From a virus (lineage: Duplodnaviria > Caudoviricetes): a stretch of DNA of 55,202 nt. Position numbers and translations under genes: made by a program. The stretch is taken from positions 1 through 55,202 of the IMG/VR virus record IMGVR_UViG_3300041809_002179. One strand, given 5' to 3'. Below are positions 53,221 to 55,202 of the stretch, piece by piece. Under the pieces are notes generated by a model. That model did no database searches, was not told the origin of the DNA, and saw only the letters and a list, made by a program, of their open reading frames with translations. Position 1 is the stretch's first letter, and the number at the start of each line of letters is the position of its first letter.

Positions 53221-54012
53221 ATGATGTTACAGAACCTTTACGTTTTGTTTGACCCTATAGAACCGGAACATTTTCGCTACGCGGGTTATACGGTTCACAG
53301 AGTTAAACAGCGTTTGAGCGAGCATTTAGAAGAAGCCCGCAGCGGAAGGTGGAACCACACCCACAAAAATCGTTGGGTGAACAAGGTTTTGAGACAAGGT
53401 CGAACGCCCAGTGTCCGTTGGGTGGGTGCTTCTTCCGATCCTGATCAAGCTGAACGTGCTTTGATTAAAAGATTGAAGGAGGAAGGTCATCGACTTACAA
53501 ATGGTACTGAGGGTGGAAAGGGTTGTTTAGGTGCCCGGTGGAAATTAAAACCGGATCAAGTCAAGGCTTTACGAAATAGAAAGTTGAAGCCCGCTACTCC
53601 AACGACTAGACGGAAACGGCGCGATGTTGCGATGGGCAATCAACATTGGAAAGGGAAAGACGGGACTAAACTTGGATTTAATGCACCAGAAGTTAGGGCA
53701 AAACGAAAAGGGAGGAAGCTGTCGGCTGCTCATATTGTTAGTTTGAAAATTGCCTGGGGTAGACGCAAGGCGGCTATCCCGCCAAAACCTCCTAAGGAAC
53801 CAAAACTTCCGGGTATGACAGGGAAACACCACAGCGAAGAGACAAAGCGGCTATGGAGCAAGAGGAGGAAGGGCGTTAAACGTTCGGCAGTTGCCACTCA
53901 ACGCGCTGCTGAGAGTAACCGAGGGAGGACGAGAACGCTGGAGCAACGCATTAGGATTAGTGAAGGTCGTAAGAAGGCTTGGGACAGGGAGAAAAATGTC
54001 GTTCAACAATAA
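53221..54012 (+). CDS. GIY-YIG homing endonuclease with NUMOD3 repeats
   Basis: LYVL...RYAGYT...RLSEH...E...LTNGTEGG; GKHHSEETKR, GRTRTLEQRIRISE. Confidence 0.85.
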   Translation: MMLQNLYVLFDPIEPEHFRYAGYTVHRVKQRLSEHLEEARSGRWNHTHKNRWVNKVLRQGRTPSVRWVGASSDPDQAERALIKRLKEEGHRLTNGTEGGKGCLGARWKLKPDQVKALRNRKLKPATPTTRRKRRDVAMGNQHWKGKDGTKLGFNAPEVRAKRKGRKLSAAHIVSLKIAWGRRKAAIPPKPPKEPKLPGMTGKHHSEETKRLWSKRRKGVKRSAVATQRAAESNRGRTRTLEQRIRISEGRKKAWDREKNVVQQ

Positions 54013-55202
54013 TGCGAAGGGAAAGCTGATCGGGCAGGTGTATTTGTTGCATTTTAATATCTCTCCGGGTACAGTGATTCCAAGTTCTCGTCCAGATGCC
54101 TTAACAAAGAAATTCCATGCTCGTCACTATTGTGGTTGGGCAGAAGATTCTGAACGACGCATTCAAGAACATCGTGAGGGTACCGGTGCGCGCCTGATGC
54201 AAGTTCTAAAGCAACGAGGAATCACCTTCCAGGTTGCCCGCATCTGGGATAACGTGGCACGCGGGTTCGAACGCCAACTGAAGAACCAAGGTGGGCTGTC
54301 GCGCCACTGTCCGCTCTGCCGAGCTGAAGGCATCGATCGTGACACGGCTTACAAACAGAAGAAAGAAGTCCAGGTCGCGCCGGAAACTCCGACGGCGGGG
54401 CCGGATTTTGTAGAGGTGGAAAAGACAGCCGGTAGGCCCGTACAAATTCGTCTGGCTGCTGATACTGAAGATTATTCCGCGTATCTGCGTGGATTGATAG
54501 AACGTGATTTGTTTGGTGTAGGCCCGAATAAACCTCTGGGATACATGCCTTTGAGCACGGTCTATCAAGCCGGGGTTAACGCGGATCAGCTTGAAGAACA
54601 ACTTAAATCGAGAGGGCTGAAAGTCTTTCAAGTTCACCAGCATGGCATGGTGCATTCAGGAGCAATTTGGGCCTACGATGAGGCTGCTTTGAATGCTTTG
54701 CTACAGAATAACTTTGAGACTCTTCGGAAGTACAAGTGGCCTGAGCAACCTGCTGCGTTTGTCAAGAATGTTGTCAGAAAATCTGTTGGCAAAGCAGACA
54801 GTCCTGATTTGTATCGGCTCATTGGCCTAGCGTTCTCTGACGCGAGATTTAAGACAGCAGGATGGCGGGAAGCTGTCGGTGAACGTTGGATCTACCATCC
54901 GAACTATGGCGCGTTCTGGATGAGTGGAAAAACAGGCCCACACATACTTCTGATAGAAAAAGCCATGGGGAAAGATATGGCTTTCGGCAAGAAATTTGAC
55001 GAAGTGGATAGAGGCTATGCGGAGATTGACCCAGTCGAAAAGACAGTAACCCTGGAAAGTTTTGACCTTCGCAACAAAGAATTTATTGAGAATGATGTAG
55101 TGGATTTGTACAAGAAGAGATTCCCAAAATACACCATCCTGATTCCGCAAGAATCTGATCCGATGGCGATGGAAAAGGCGATGAATGCCGCTAAGACGGG
55201 GG
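53996..55202 (+). CDS. Second polyvalent protein (partial) with N-terminal GIY-YIG-like domain
   Basis: Manual translation open to the window end: VYLLHF...ARHYCGWAED.ERRIQEH..G.GARL...FERQLK; KTAG linkers. Confidence 0.8.
   Translation, partial: MSFNNNAKGKLIGQVYLLHFNISPGTVIPSSRPDALTKKFHARHYCGWAEDSERRIQEHREGTGARLMQVLKQRGITFQVARIWDNVARGFERQLKNQGGLSRHCPLCRAEGIDRDTAYKQKKEVQVAPETPTAGPDFVEVEKTAGRPVQIRLAADTEDYSAYLRGLIERDLFGVGPNKPLGYMPLSTVYQAGVNADQLEEQLKSRGLKVFQVHQHGMVHSGAIWAYDEAALNALLQNNFETLRKYKWPEQPAAFVKNVVRKSVGKADSPDLYRLIGLAFSDARFKTAGWREAVGERWIYHPNYGAFWMSGKTGPHILLIEKAMGKDMAFGKKFDEVDRGYAEIDPVEKTVTLESFDLRNKEFIENDVVDLYKKRFPKYTILIPQESDPMAMEKAMNAAKTG

Noticed and set aside
1-55202. Alternative genetic code
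   Set aside because: Long conserved genes read through normally in code 11 and no suppressor tRNA is seen

Overview
Fragment of a large (jumbo-type) bacteriophage genome, mostly + strand; the host cannot be assigned from the sequence. From left to right: repair/nuclease genes and a 1207-aa collagen-like/beta-helix tail fibre (0.2-6.8 kb); a replication, recombination and nucleotide-metabolism block (intein-containing DinG-like helicase, DnaB-like helicase, Rep-like initiator, HU, SSB, DnaQ-like exonuclease, RuvC, RecA, half-SbcC, SbcD, dCMP deaminase, Nudix, glycosyltransferase; 8-30 kb); an RNA island with 10 tRNAs and several unexplained structured RNAs (30.9-36.8 kb); small accessory genes; a T5 A1-like nuclease; and a block of multi-domain effector proteins (47-55 kb). 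Main finding: each of the two tRNA clusters is preceded by a short leader peptide with trp-like alternative 1:2 / 2:3 / 3:4 hairpins, and the leader codons match the anticodons of the downstream tRNAs. Leader 1 has Tyr TAT and Leu CTA/CTG/TTG/CTT ahead of tRNA-Tyr and four tRNA-Leu; leader 2 has Pro CCA/CCG/CCC plus ATA/ATG ahead of three tRNA-Pro and the CAT tRNAs. This suggests ribosome-mediated attenuators that switch on phage tRNAs when the cognate host tRNAs are depleted. Also notable: an RNA resembling the 23S rRNA uL11-binding (GTPase-associated) region with a large insert, polyproteins whose domains are separated by K-T-A-[AGS] linkers, and a recurrent RGTAWY motif just upstream of starts. 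All calls are by eye from motifs and base-pairing; no searches or folding programs were run.
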